A stretch of DNA of 64,000 nucleotides from positions 11,624,177 to 11,688,176 of the forward strand of contig CAJINV010000004.1 in assembly GCA_905178155.1 (NCBI GenBank). The letters run 5' to 3'. Positions 23,201 to 33,859 of the stretch are shown in pieces. Numbering within the stretch: the stretch's first letter is position 1; each line of letters begins with the position of its first letter. Position numbers and translations under genes: made by a program. The stretch is from Amoebophrya sp. A120. Taxonomy: Eukaryota; Protista; Dinoflagellata. A model generated the notes under the pieces. That model saw nothing but the letters and a program-made list of their open reading frames with translations. It ran no database searches and was not told the origin of the DNA.

Positions 23201-26127
23201 CCAACATATTCCCTTCCGTGCATCACAAGTTTCCAGACCCAGACATATTTGCCATCCATAGTTTCCCCGGGTCTGAAAGCTGCTGGAACTCCTGCTTCGC
23301 TCGCAACGTGTTTTGTGCAGGGTTGGAAAGGGACGACGCTGTATATCAAAGTGAAGAAAGCCCCCTCCCCATATCGAAAACGAAATTTCTGATGCTGTAT
23401 TTCAGTACACAAATCAAATTTGTGCTGCAATAGAGCACTGCACGCAGCTCCCAAGCCTAGGAGGGGGCCTCGTGGCGCAGGCGCCTAACATGGTAGACGG
23501 CTGCCCCGTAGGCCCTACAACATTACAAATCGCCTGCATAACGTGCCGGGCAGCCTGGCCTTGCCTTCTTGCAAGACAAACGCGATTTGTGGTCACAATC
23601 TGCATCACACATTTTCAGATGGATGCGCTTTCAATATGGGGAGGGGAGATTTTTCCTCACGATACTATACGGGCAGACCAGACCCAGGAAAGGGACGGCA
23701 TCGTGTTGACCGTGTACTGTGCACCCACGCCGCCGGCGCCTGCCTTTCCAGCATCTGACCCAGCATCGGCGTGTTGTTCTGGCACTCCTGCACTCGTCTC
23801 CTTGCCCTTGCCCGCCTGCTGGTCCCCGCGATCAAACACAGGCAACGTCGAGAAAGTTTCGTTGGTTTCGGGAAGGAAGTAACGCTTCGCCCAGCTGCCG
23901 CCGGTCATGGTAGTATGAAAAAAGTGCAGCAGGTTGGGAAATCTGTGAGCGTGTATCGGCAACCGAAGCGTAATGCCGCTTTGCCGCGCGTCCGCGACAA
24001 GATCTTTCGCGGCCGTAAGGAAATCCATCAGCTCGCTGATGAAGGCCGATTCGCCCGCCTGCACCGAGGCCACCACCGCGTTATGCGCCTCGCGCCTCGT
24101 CTCGTCTTGGTGCTCAATGATTTGCCCGATGCGCTCGACGCGAAGAAAGTTGGACACCAGTGCGAAGAGCCCGAGCGTGGAAAGGGAAGGGGAAAGTATG
24201 TACCCGGCAATCAGGCCGTGACCACTTTCGATGGACATGATGGTTCCGAGCCAGGAGCCGATCACCATCGGGAGGTGACCCAGGGGAAAGAAGAACAGCA
24301 GAAAAAACAGCACTCCGTACTGTACCGAGTAAATGGAGATGCCCTTCAGGATGAGCACGAGGTAGTTGAGCGATTCCTGGATGTCCCCGCTGGTGTGCCG
24401 GTCCAGCGCACGTCCCTGGCGCACGATCGAGGGCAGCAGGCTGGAGCACCATTCTTTAATCTGCAGGATGCGCAGGGTGCTGTTGGTTTCGTAAACCCAC
24501 TCTGGCAGCTTGCTTCGCCAGAACGCCTCGGTCATCCACCGTGGCGTCAGCATGGTACCGATGCGATGAGCGAGGCCTTGGAACATAGTCGTCACCGTTG
24601 TTCCGTTCGAGGTTTGTATCCCACTATCCTCCGTGAACCAGCTGCCCAGCATGCCCCGCGCCCTGCTCGAGAGGGAAGAGAAAATATTATTGGAACTAGC
24701 AGCTCTCGTTGTGATGCTGATGTCCCCGTTGCTGGAAGTATTAAGGTCATTTTTTTGTGCTCCTGTCGACGTCGAACGTACAAGGAGGCTGAGGAACGCT
24801 GCGGCGGTGATATTACTGTCACCAGTAGATGTTGGCACCCCCTCGCGACTGCCACTCTCAGCATCATGTAATACTCCTATTTCTTGTCGCGGTGGTGGTC
24901 TTTTTGTTCCCCATATGGTTGTTTTCTGGTCCACGACCTGTAAGAAGTTGTAGTTGTGGTCCACCACCTCTGCGTTTAATATTGAAGGAGCCGATTCAAC
25001 ATCTTGTTGCTGCGAGGCTGTTTTGGTACTTGTTCTCGGTAGTTTGGAAGATTTTGAAGTTACAATTCTTGCCCCGCGTGCAGTCCTGTCGACGAAAGAA
25101 CTGTCAGGAGGACTTATCAAAAGGAAAAATCCCCCCTCCCCATACTGAAAAGGTATATTTTTGGAAATTTGTAAAGCTGACTTGTGGTCACAAACCGCGT
25201 CTGTCTTGCAAGAAGGCAACTCCGGAGGCTCCGCCGCATTGCGCAGACGGTTTGTCATGCGGTTGGGCCTACAGCGCTGACGTTTTTCATGCTAAGGCCC
25301 TAGGCCAACACCTCTCTACTCACACTTAGTATGGGCCTGCAGTGCTCTCCAGCAAGACAGCTCGGATTGGTGTACACAAATCAAGCATCAGAAATTTCGT
25401 TTTGACAGGGGGAGGGAGGATTTTCCCTTTCAATAGGACTACCTTCGTCCTCCGCCTCGTTACTGAACTCGTCCTGCAAGAAGGTGTTCTCGACCACATT
25501 TTGTGCCAATTTATCTTGCTCGTCGGCATATGAATCATCTTCAAGAATAAAATCTATTTTTTGTCGTGTAGTTCTCTCGTCGTCCTCCATCTCGTCATGC
25601 TTGTTATGTGGTTCTTGTGCTTGTCTTTCTCGCCCAGGATTTTTGGTAATATAGTACTCGTGGTCGTGTGGAAGGACTCCGTCATCCAGAAGCACCCTTC
25701 TCAACTGCTCCTGTCGAGTGGTGTTTAGAATTAGTGTCTCCAAGAAGGAGGACCAAGAGCCAGAGGTTGTGCCGGACAAGTCAACATCTCCAGCAGGAGC
25801 GGGAGTCCTCCCCATTTCATCCTCGCGTAGAAGTTCCTTCGCTTCTTTTTCGCCGAAGAGCAAAGGTGGATCAACATGGTGGAACGACGCAGAAGATGTT
25901 GGCTCTTCACTGGTGTCCTCTCTGTCTGCCCAGTCATCTTCCACAACATCTTTATTGCCTCCGCTGGGTGTTTTTAATACTGAGCTTTTTCCGTCGTAGT
26001 CCACCGTTACCTCCTGCGTTCTTACGAGCTGCTCGCGGTCGCCGCGCACGGCAGTCGCTGAACCAAGGGTCTTTAAGGTCGTCGTGACCGAAAACGCGAC
26101 GAGGCCGGCGGCGCACAGGACGAGCAT
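8276..26127 (-). CDS. Large uncharacterised membrane protein (~2893 aa, 30 exons, 29 introner introns) with a tandemly duplicated domain
   Basis: All 29 junctions traced in frame from ATG 26127 to TGA 8276; spliced length 8682 nt, divisible by 3. N-terminal hydrophobic anchor and TM clusters near 24150-24360 and 14400-14790. Paired motifs such as IGQDGDPRHPVAF / IGQDGDPRDPVAV. Requires use of the distal intron end at 17008. Confidence 0.75.
8697..8929. mobile_element. Degenerate introner
   Basis: DR gaggc/gagac; frame restored. Confidence 0.6.
8994..9249. mobile_element. Introner family A (A2)
   Basis: TIRs; DR tcttc. Confidence 0.9.
9502..9767. mobile_element. Introner family A (A3)
   Basis: TIRs; DR ctcct. 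Confidence 0.9.
9857..10107. mobile_element. Introner family D
   Basis: tatcctacagaaaa...ttttctgtgtgata; DR gctcg. Confidence 0.8.
10155..10319. mobile_element. Introner family D
   Basis: tatcacacagaaaaaa...ttttttccgtgcgata; frame restored. Confidence 0.75.
11220..11540. mobile_element. Introner family B
   Basis: TIRs; DR gtggt. Confidence 0.9.
11699..11937. mobile_element. Introner family D (degenerate)
   Basis: DR gtgcc/atgca; frame restored. Confidence 0.65.
11996..12231. mobile_element. Introner, minor family
   Basis: tatccc...tggata; DR gcggg. Confidence 0.8.
12871..13188. mobile_element. Introner family B
   Basis: TIRs (left end CAT); DR tccgg. Confidence 0.9.
13488..13751. mobile_element. 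Introner family A (A1, reverse orientation)
   Basis: TIRs; DR tgcgc. Confidence 0.9.
13849..14139. mobile_element. Introner, minor family, containing a (CA)n tract
   Basis: DR tggag/tggaa; frame restored. Confidence 0.7.
14428..14725. mobile_element. Introner family A (degenerate)
   Basis: DR cccga/tccga; frame restored. Confidence 0.75.
15356..15634. mobile_element. Introner family C
   Basis: TIRs; DR acctc. Confidence 0.9.
15696..15971. mobile_element. Introner family A (A5)
   Basis: TIRs; DR cgcac. Confidence 0.85.
16646..16958. mobile_element. Introner family C
   Basis: TIRs; DR gtggg/gcggg. Confidence 0.85.
17170..17355 (+). repeat. 21-bp tandem repeat (~9 copies)
   Basis: cagaaggaattgatgctaaaa units. 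Confidence 0.85.
17665..17995 (+). repeat. 39-40-bp tandem repeat (~8 copies)
   Basis: gcggaaagcccaggagaagggatttcccaaaggaaatcac units. Confidence 0.85.
18133..18414. mobile_element. Introner family A (A5), with a duplicated left end at 17008
   Basis: tatcctgtgcaaatgcgtctgggtctgg...gcactgcata; DR agcct/agttt. Confidence 0.75.
18891..19178. mobile_element. Introner family C
   Basis: TIRs; DR ggcta/gggta. Confidence 0.9.
19816..20094. mobile_element. Introner family C
   Basis: TIRs; DR ccggc. Confidence 0.9.
20223..20491. mobile_element. Introner family A (A4)
   Basis: TIRs; DR tgccg. Confidence 0.9.
20548..20869. mobile_element. Introner family B (reverse orientation)
   Basis: TIRs; DR ccggg. 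Confidence 0.9.
20954..21228. mobile_element. Introner family F
   Basis: tgaaaaatgccccccacccc inverted ends; DR ggatg. Confidence 0.85.
21378..21554. mobile_element. Introner family D
   Basis: TIRs; DR gggtg. Confidence 0.85.
21599..21850. mobile_element. Introner family A (A1)
   Basis: TIRs; DR tgtac. Confidence 0.9.
21935..22258. mobile_element. Introner family B
   Basis: TIRs; DR gtgca. Confidence 0.9.
22319..22580. mobile_element. Introner family A (A3)
   Basis: TIRs; DR agggt/aggct. Confidence 0.9.
22688..22959. mobile_element. Introner family A
   Basis: TIRs; DR tactc. Confidence 0.85.
23011..23260. mobile_element. Introner family A (A5)
   Basis: TIRs; DR ctttg/gtttc. Confidence 0.85.
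23344..23664. mobile_element. Introner family B
   Basis: TIRs; DR ctgta/ctata. Confidence 0.9.
25115..25435. mobile_element. Introner family B
   Basis: TIRs; DR ggact. Confidence 0.9.
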
Positions 26128-27201
26128 AGTTGTAGGTGGAGCTCTTCTATTTTTCAGGACGTTGCTGCAGGAGGAGCGAGCGCCGGAGGGGGGGAAAAGT
26201 CCTCCACTTCTGGTCGTTTTTCCCGGTCGACGTCCTGGTGCGGCAACGACAAGCTTCCACCTCCTAAAAGATGGCAAGAAGGAAACATTTCCAACAGCAA
26301 GCGGTGGCGATGCCGAAACGAAAGGACCCTAGGATAAGAAGACGACGCTCATGTTTTTCAAAACGACCGTTGTATAAATCTACATCGGATACATCGGAGA
26401 AGATGAAGTCGTGTGATAACGAGGCTGCCGCGGCCTGGAATGGCTCTGGCTGCTGGGCCGTAGTATTTAAGTAGTGTCAATAATAGTTCGCGACGGCTCG
26501 CCAACGCAGAAGCAGAACCAAAATCTCGGTTGCTTTTCTTTCACATATGTCTTTTTCAGAGCTTATCTAAAAATTCGTGAAGATTCTTTCCTGTACCTAC
26601 TGCCGCTCTTTCATCACTCTCGCTCTCTCCAACGCTCAACAAGACATTCGCAAATATTAGAATCAGAACTAACAGGCATAGTTTAGAAATACAGTCAGAT
26701 TAAACAAGTGCTGCAGACGACTGCCTTCAAGCTGGCCGGCATCACAAAGTGACGGAGGGATCGTGGTCACACCCATCCAAATGCGCGTGGTCTTTTAATT
26801 TTGGGAGGTGAAAAATAGTTTCAACAAAATCTGGAATAATAATCATTGTACAAGAGGACACGAATAACAAGATCCTCGACGCCCCTCTCGGTGCTCGAAA
26901 ATGTCAGAAAAGCTGTTGGATTTTCAATTTGTACTTTACAACGTATTTCTTTTAGTAGTGTAATATCATACAGTATCAATCTCTACAGGTGCAATCCTCC
27001 ATATCCATTCGGTTCGGTGTTCTACTTCATGATAACTTAGTACATTATTTGAGCGCTCAGAAATCTTAATTTCGATGTAGTGGTCGCAGAGAATCAATTT
27101 ATTACCAGGCACAAGAACTCATAGAAGGCGATGGGCTCGCTTCTTGTCCTCTTCTCACTGAACAGGGTGTTCATCCTTCCACACCGTCGCGACCACTCAT
27201 A

Positions 27202-30200
27202 TTATTGAGTAGCTTGCAGCTCCTCTGTGTCGGAAGATACAGGCGCAGCTGCAACCCCCGGCGGTCCTGCAACACTGGTTTTGCTGTTTCCTACCAGCAG
27301 CGGCTGTTCCTCCTCCTCTTCGTATTGGTTTATTCCATTACTGATAGTAGCTATACTTGTTACTGGTGCTTTGTCGCTGGTCATTTTTTCCTTGTCCGCG
27401 TTCGCTCCCTCGCTGTTCGTCCCATTCTGCACGCCGTTCTTGCCGTTTAGCTTCACTTCGTGAGGTATGGATTGCAAATATGTCTGGGTCTGGAAGATCA
27501 CAACTTGTGATGCTGTCTGTGGATTCTAAAAAAAATTTGTATTGCACGACCAGCAAGAGGGGTCGGGTTTGTCCTACGTGGAGAGGGCATTGATTTCTCA
27601 TGCGGTAGAGGTATCACAAAGCCCCCTAAAAATCTGTGATGCTCTGGCATGCATCACAGACATCATGGCTTATGGAAACTATGCATGCCAAATCTAGAAA
27701 TCTTCCAGACCCACACCCAGGCACTTTTGCAATCCATATGAGCGTGTTCGAGGTAGGTGTCGCGGCCGTACCGACGGCTGGTTGCCGTGGATACCAAGTT
27801 TGGGCTCTTCCGGTGCTTGATCAGTTCGGAGACGGAATGCAAACACAAATAGCCGCAGGCGAGAAACCCGAGGAAATTTGTCACCTGCAGAAACAAGATC
27901 GGCACGAAAAACAGGGTCATCCGGAGGGAGAGGAGCAGCATACCTGCGGTGAGCGTGGCCGTATCAAATGCAAAAGTGTCTGGGTCTGGAAGATTGCAAC
28001 TTGTCCTGCTATTAAACCCGAATCATGCAGAAATCTGTGTTGCATGAGTGCCAAAAGCTGCCCACTTTCGACCAAGTTGGGAGGGAGTTTCTCATGCAGG
28101 AGCGGCATGAAAGAGAGCTCACCGACTCTGTCATGCTAGGTCCCGCATTCCAGACCTCATGGGTCATGGAAAACCTGCTGCATCCTTCCAGACCCAGACA
28201 TATTTGCAATGCATAGGCCGTCATAGCGGACCAGAGGTAGGGGCGGAAGATCTTGTGGAACAGGGGCGGGCTCAGGTCCGGGCGGTACCCCGTTACGGAA
28301 AACTCAAACGCGAGCAGCACGCACAGTTCCAGTGGCAGGGAGTTGTACCCGTTCACGAGCGGTGGGTAGAAGGGTCCGGGAATGAAGAAGGAGTTGCGAT
28401 AGAGCAACAGGTTCTGCAACGGGAGATACGAGAGCAAAACAGCCACCCAGCTGAGGACCAGGAGTGGATGCATCATCACTTTTGAAGTTGAATTCTCACC
28501 AGCGGCACTACCAAATGCAAATATGTCTGGGTCTGGAAGATTGCAAGTTTGTCATGCTTGTCTCACACGACTCTTGAATCTGTAATGCGTGAGAAGGAAA
28601 AAAGCCTCTTGCCTGTCATGCAAAAATGTAGTTTGTGATGCAGAAAGCGAAACGGAAACACAAAGGAGCCCAAAAACTTGTCATGCGTGACTGCCTATTG
28701 CAGTGTCCCCGCAATTCATAAATCAGCATCACAAGTTTCCAGACCCAGACATATTTGCAATGCATACGCACTGCGCGGAGTCGACGCCCGGCTACTGGTC
28801 GCGGTTGTGGCGTGGCTCGGCTGCCTTGTAAAATCAAAGGGCAACAACGGTTGGTTTATTTCTGTATCTTGTTCACTGGTTCTTGCACCAGCTTCTCCTG
28901 CTGCACGACTTTCTTGTGGCCCGCCTTGTCCTTCTGCCGTTGCAGCTTCCGTTCCTCTCCCTTCCTTTTTCACGAGGAAAAACACTGCGAAGCACGCGAT
29001 TAGGAACAGAGTAAAGAATCCCATCGGGAAGTAGAACCGTAAATTCAACAAACTTCGCCACGGCGCGTGTCCCTGCGTGGCCGTGGGAACCGGGACCGTC
29101 GCGGTGCGCACGCGTCGGATGTCTTCGCGGGTCGGCACGGTTAGAAACATCTCCCAGTAGAACCAAATATGGTCGGACGTGATCACAGCATCTTCGGTGT
29201 TTGGTATTTTTTGTACTTGCTGGGAAGCAGGAGTAGAACGGGTTCCAGCATTTTCGGTACTTGTTCCAGCTACTCCACGTCCACCTGTATTGTGGTCTTC
29301 ACCCGAGTCCATCAAATTATTTGCTGCAATACTTGTTTTTCGTGATTGATGTAGTTCCATTTGGTGCAGCTCCGCTTCTTCTTGCCCATCGCTCGTGGTC
29401 TTTCTTGCCGTCGCTTTCCCTCCTGCAGCTGCAATCGCTGTCCCCCGCAGATTTGGAGTAGTTGTAGGTGATGCAGCTGCCGAACTAGAGGTCGAAGCAG
29501 GTGCACTGGGTTGCAATAGTACCTGGTCCTCGTTTGGAACGGCGGACCCGGTCGTAGTTCCAGCTCTACTTCCTGCTGGGGTAGCAACATTAATATCCTC
29601 AGTTTTCATCTTGCTCGCGGCTGTAGTGGAGAACTTTGAGAACGTGGTTTTGAGAATGCCGTCCCCGTACTCCTCTCGGAGCTTTTTCCAATCAAAAAAC
29701 ATGAAATAGGTAAAGACCCCCGCGGACCAAATTTTGTCGACCCAGGTCTGCTTGGTTTCCGGGTCGTCGGCGATATCGATCGCAAAGTCCATCAGCGTGA
29801 CCAGCGGCGTCTTCGGGTGCCAGTTAACGACCACATTATGAACTGCAAAAGTATCGCACGCGTATAAATGCACTCAGCATTTCATTTCATTTCATTGAGA
29901 CGAACCCCCTGTGGTCGTCCTCACGGTGTCGTCTTGGCCCTAGGCTGTTTCGGACAGATGTTGGTTGTGTCCGGCAAGAGGACGGCTCTGCATGGGCAAA
30001 TGTTGGTAATGTCCAGCAAGAACTCTCCCGTGGCCCCATTTTCTGCCGGTTTTTGGCTTTCGCCAGGATTACCCGCAACACCACCCGTGGACAGTGAAAC
30101 CCATGGCAGGCTTTCGCCAGGCGGTCCCGGGGAGGCCCTCCTCTTGGCACAATGTCGGTTAGATACCAATTTGCACCCCCCGGAAGCGGATGGTGAGCCG

Positions 30201-31775
30201 ATCCAGTTGGTGCCGAAGCAGCAGGTGGGATCATGGGCTCGGGTGAGTAGTTGGGGGGGCTACTCAGGGGGTACGGGGACTGTTCGGCGGCCTACTGCTG
30301 GATATGAAAAGTTTGCGGGTCTACTCACTTCCATGGTCGCAGGCAAAGTTGGGCGAAATTCCATCGGAATTTTCGCGCAGGTGGCCTCGCATGGGGTGAG
30401 TATGAGTCTCGGACCTGATTTCTTCGCCCGTTTTTCTGCTGTTTTCTTTCATGCAAAGTCTTCGGCGCGAATCCTCCTTCCGCTCCGTTCCGTTGTGGTT
30501 GCGGCGCATGGAGAACCTGGGGTCCAAGTTTGTGAGGGGGGGGGGACGGACAATCTGCGCGCCTTGGGGCCGAAGCTCTGCTCTTGTTGTCTTTTCCCAC
30601 TTTAGGGGCCTACTAAGTTAATGATCCAAAAGCGGAAAAAAAAACTACTCCACGGCGAGTAGTAACGGGGTAAAAAAATGGATCTTTTTCGGGAAAGAGG
30701 ATCGACGGAGGCTTCTTAGCGCTAGAAGAGGGTAAAACAAAAATGAAAAAAAGAACAGTGAAGATTTGTTTTCGAGGTCAGCATGAGAAATAAAATTTGT
30801 AATGCGGATTTCGCCTCAGAAAAAAATTTGTAATGCATGATTGCAATACGAGTGCGATACTTTTGCACAGGATACACATTCGCGGGCGACAAATCGTTGT
30901 GGCGCAGCTCGTATCAAATGTAAAAATGTCTGGGTCTTGAAGTGAAGAGTCATGCTGTTTTTGCATGACACAGAAGGTCTGGCATGGAAGCTCTAGCATC
31001 ACAGGTTTCGAGAAGCTTCCGCAATGCCGAACCCGCATGAGAAATCCCCCACTTTGGTGACAGAAAGTCGGCAGCTTTTGCTACCTATGCATGAGAGATT
31101 TTTCTGTGTTCTAAAATGCGCGTCACAAGTTCGGATCCTTCCAGACCCAGGCATTTTTGCATTTCATAGCTTGTTCTCGTCCAGCGCGGCAAACACGTTG
31201 GAAACCACCCACAGCCTTTCTTCGTCCGACAAAAACCACCGCTCGAACCGCAAGTCCTTTCCCGGCGGCGCGGTCATGGCGAAAAAAAAGTTTTCCTTCT
31301 GCTGCCGCACCTGGCACCGGTCCTGCTCGGAGACGCACCGCTCAATCCGCGGTTCGTTCACCGGCAAGTTCCGCATGATCTCTGCGTCGCGCTCGATGGA
31401 CTGCCGGTCGGACCCGAGCTTGATTGCGATCTCCCCCTTGTGAAAGTCCTCCACCGCGAAAAACCCGTCATTCGGGAGCAAGTCGTCAAACGCGGTGTTG
31501 GATGGCGAGGCGGCACTTGTACCTGTGGTCGTGGTACCCTGCTTTCCAGAAGTTGTAGTTGTAGAAGAATCTAAAAGTTCTTCACCAGAAGTAGACTTCC
31601 CGTTGTTCTGACCGTTTATTTGCTCACTGGATTTCTCGGCCAAAAAGATCAAAGTGTTATCTTTGTCGCGGACAAGCAAGCGGGTGGTCGAATACTGGGT
31701 GCCGTCTACGTCGAACTCGAAGCCGGCGGCCGGTCGAAGGGGGAGGAGGAGGAGGAACAGAGGAGGAAACAACAT
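27202..31775 (-). CDS. Protein kinase-like protein with signal peptide and multi-TM C-terminus; 5 introner introns
   Basis: MLFPPLFLLLLPLRPAAG signal-like start. Spliced exons give IAIK, LRHNDLSPANV, LMDFA and DKIWSAGV kinase motifs, then several hydrophobic segments. An upstream ATG (~31838) is possible. Confidence 0.8.
27466..27738. mobile_element. Introner family A (A3, reverse orientation)
   Basis: TIRs; DR tgagg/tgagc. Confidence 0.9.
27962..28215. mobile_element. Introner family A (A4)
   Basis: TIRs; DR ggccg. Confidence 0.9.
28509..28766. mobile_element. Introner family A (A5-like)
   Basis: TIRs; DR ggcac/cgcac. Confidence 0.9.
29837..30874. mobile_element. Introner family E carrying a 0.9-kb insert
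   Basis: tgcaaaagtatcgcac inverted ends; DR cacat; splits the kinase between ANV and VVNW. Confidence 0.85.
29881..30777 (-). mobile_element. Non-coding retroposon-like insert with (ATGAA)n tail
   Basis: TSD tcagcat (29874-29880 / 30778-30784); ttcatttcatttcatt at the left end. Confidence 0.6.
30912..31168. mobile_element. Introner family A (A1, reverse orientation)
   Basis: TIRs; DR gctcg/gcttg. Confidence 0.9.
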
Positions 31776-32218
31776 GCGAAAAGTTCTCTTCCATGACGAA
31801 AACTTCGGATGAAGCACACCAGAAGACGAGTGAATCATTATTCTTGGTGGAGCCTTCAATTTCTTGTTTTTCTGTTGTTTGCAGCTAAATACAGATGCTG
31901 GATTATGACAGCACAATAGGTCGTGTACTAGTACTTCAAGAAGTGAAACAGGAAGACCTCCTAGGTAGAAGTACCATACACGAAAAACAACCTACATGAT
32001 TTTCGGATTCATTCATCAACAGCAGATGAAGAGTTCGAACGTCGATACAATGCAGCTCTTGCAGCCCACCGAGTCAATAAGTCATGATACCTTCTTCACC
32101 GAATTTTCGCAGCTAGACAAAGATGCTGACCACGATGCCGACCACGATATACGAGACAAAGATGCCGACTAGAATACACGAATTTTCATCTTCGACTTCG
32201 ACGTAACGAATTCATGAG

Positions 32219-33294
32219 AAAATTTTCGGCGCGCTGCGCGCGCCGTTCCGAAAATAAGAAATCGCCCCTTCCGCTTCTTATTTTTCGCTTTCTATCTTCT
32301 TCCGCCGCTGGCGGCCCAGAAAGAAACCGGCCCCTCCGCCCGGAGGGGGCGGCTTCTTTGTTAGCCGGACAGCAATCTTTTCCCCAGAAAACAACGGAGT
32401 TGGGTGTTTTTTCCGGAAAAGTTGACTTCCGGGTCCTGAAGAAACCATCCCCTCCGGGCGGAGGGGCCGGTTTCTTTCTGGGTCGCCAGCGGCGCAAGAA
32501 GAAGCCGGAATTTTCTGTGGTCCACTGAAACACGAAGCCCCCCTCGCCTTTGATGTTTTCACGAAGCGAAACCGCAGATCGTGCCGTGGCTCCGCGCGGA
32601 AGTCAGCTTTTCTTACTCCCAGCCAGCTTATGAAGAAGGCTTAGCGCTGACTCTCGCGCCGCCACCTTTGTCGCGCGCGAACAGGAACAGCGTGGCGCGC
32701 TGCTGTCCCTCCGAGGGGCCACATGTGCCTCAGGGCATAGATGTGCCGTAATTGGTAGTGCTGCGCCACGCCGTAGCACAAGGGCAAGCCAGCGCAGACG
32801 CACAAGGTTAGGATATGGAGCACCATAGCGCAAAAATGGATATGGAGCACCATAGTGGGGCCTATAAATTCACCTGCCTCCAGTTCCACATACTAAAAGC
32901 AGGCCAGAGGGTGAGGGCGACCGGGGCAGCAGTACTTTGTTTACTGAGCGCAAAAACATTTTGTTGGCTGCAGGGGCTCCGCGCCCTTCTCAGTCGCCCT
33001 CCCTATCGGCGCCAAACGAGTACACACACCCCGCGCAAGTGGATTCAACGATAGGCTTTCTCAACCGTGCAGCTGCGTGGCCATCACGGAGAGCGACACC
33101 CGCGCCTGGATATTTGTAAGCAGTCAGATTCAGATTCAGATTCAGATAGTGTTCTGAAATCACTTTTTTTTTGCGGCCGACGCCAATGCTACACTTCTGA
33201 TGTATGTAAATCACTAAAAAAAGGCCCGGCAATTTTTGCATCGATCTGCTTAAAGTCGCGGAATATCTGCTACAATTTCCTTCTGGTGAGTAAG
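32219..33294. mobile_element. Intergenic 1.08-kb insert flanked by a 44-bp duplication, probably composite
   Basis: 32175-32218 is repeated at 33295-33341; internal fold-back; (tcagat)4 tract at ~33124-33147. Confidence 0.65.
32304..32493. repeat. Long GC-rich inverted repeat / fold-back
   Basis: 45-bp arms (32304-32348 / 32449-32493) with one mismatch; imperfect pairing continues inward. Confidence 0.85.
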
Positions 33295-33859
33295 TACACG
33301 AATTTTCATCTTCGACTTCTTCGACGTAACGAATTCATGAGCAGGACGACCCTTTTGGTGCTGGCTACGATCATTTTTGGAAAGTCGTAGAAGTACAGTG
33401 CACGACACGGACACGTCGCGAGAAGTACGATATCACTTGTCTTTTTTAATTGTGCGCAAGTACAAGCACCCGAGAGAACATTCATAAAGTACTACCCAGT
33501 CGTGGATACTGTTTTCTTGGAAAAAAAGTTTCTCCTCGTGCAGCTATTTTTTATTGGTAGAGAATCATCTCTGATATAAAATGTCGCACAGCATCTTCGA
33601 ATCGGCAATAGATGCCGACACAACAACATGGGTTTGATGCCTTATCGTCCCTGAATTAAAGAGCTGCTAGGTAGGATGTATATCATTGTGTGCGTCTTTT
33701 TTCATTTCGACCATCGACACAATTTCGAAGTGGAGTGGTTAGCAAGAGGCCAAGTAAAACCACGCTTTTTGTCTTTTCACCTCCCTCGGATGGTAAAGGC
33801 ACAAACTCAAATGTAGTCATCTGCGATTCCACATATCAGGCGCATCTTGATCTTCGCCA

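Noticed and set aside
23771-24871. Long plus-strand ORFs (also 34079-34969, 35564-36262, 45396-46166, 48728-49552)
   Set aside because: Antisense shadows of GC-rich minus-strand coding exons.
29868-30605. 245-aa plus-strand ORF as a candidate transposase or RT inside an introner
   Set aside because: No DDE, tyrosine-recombinase or RT motifs are visible; it looks like a chance ORF in GC-rich sequence.
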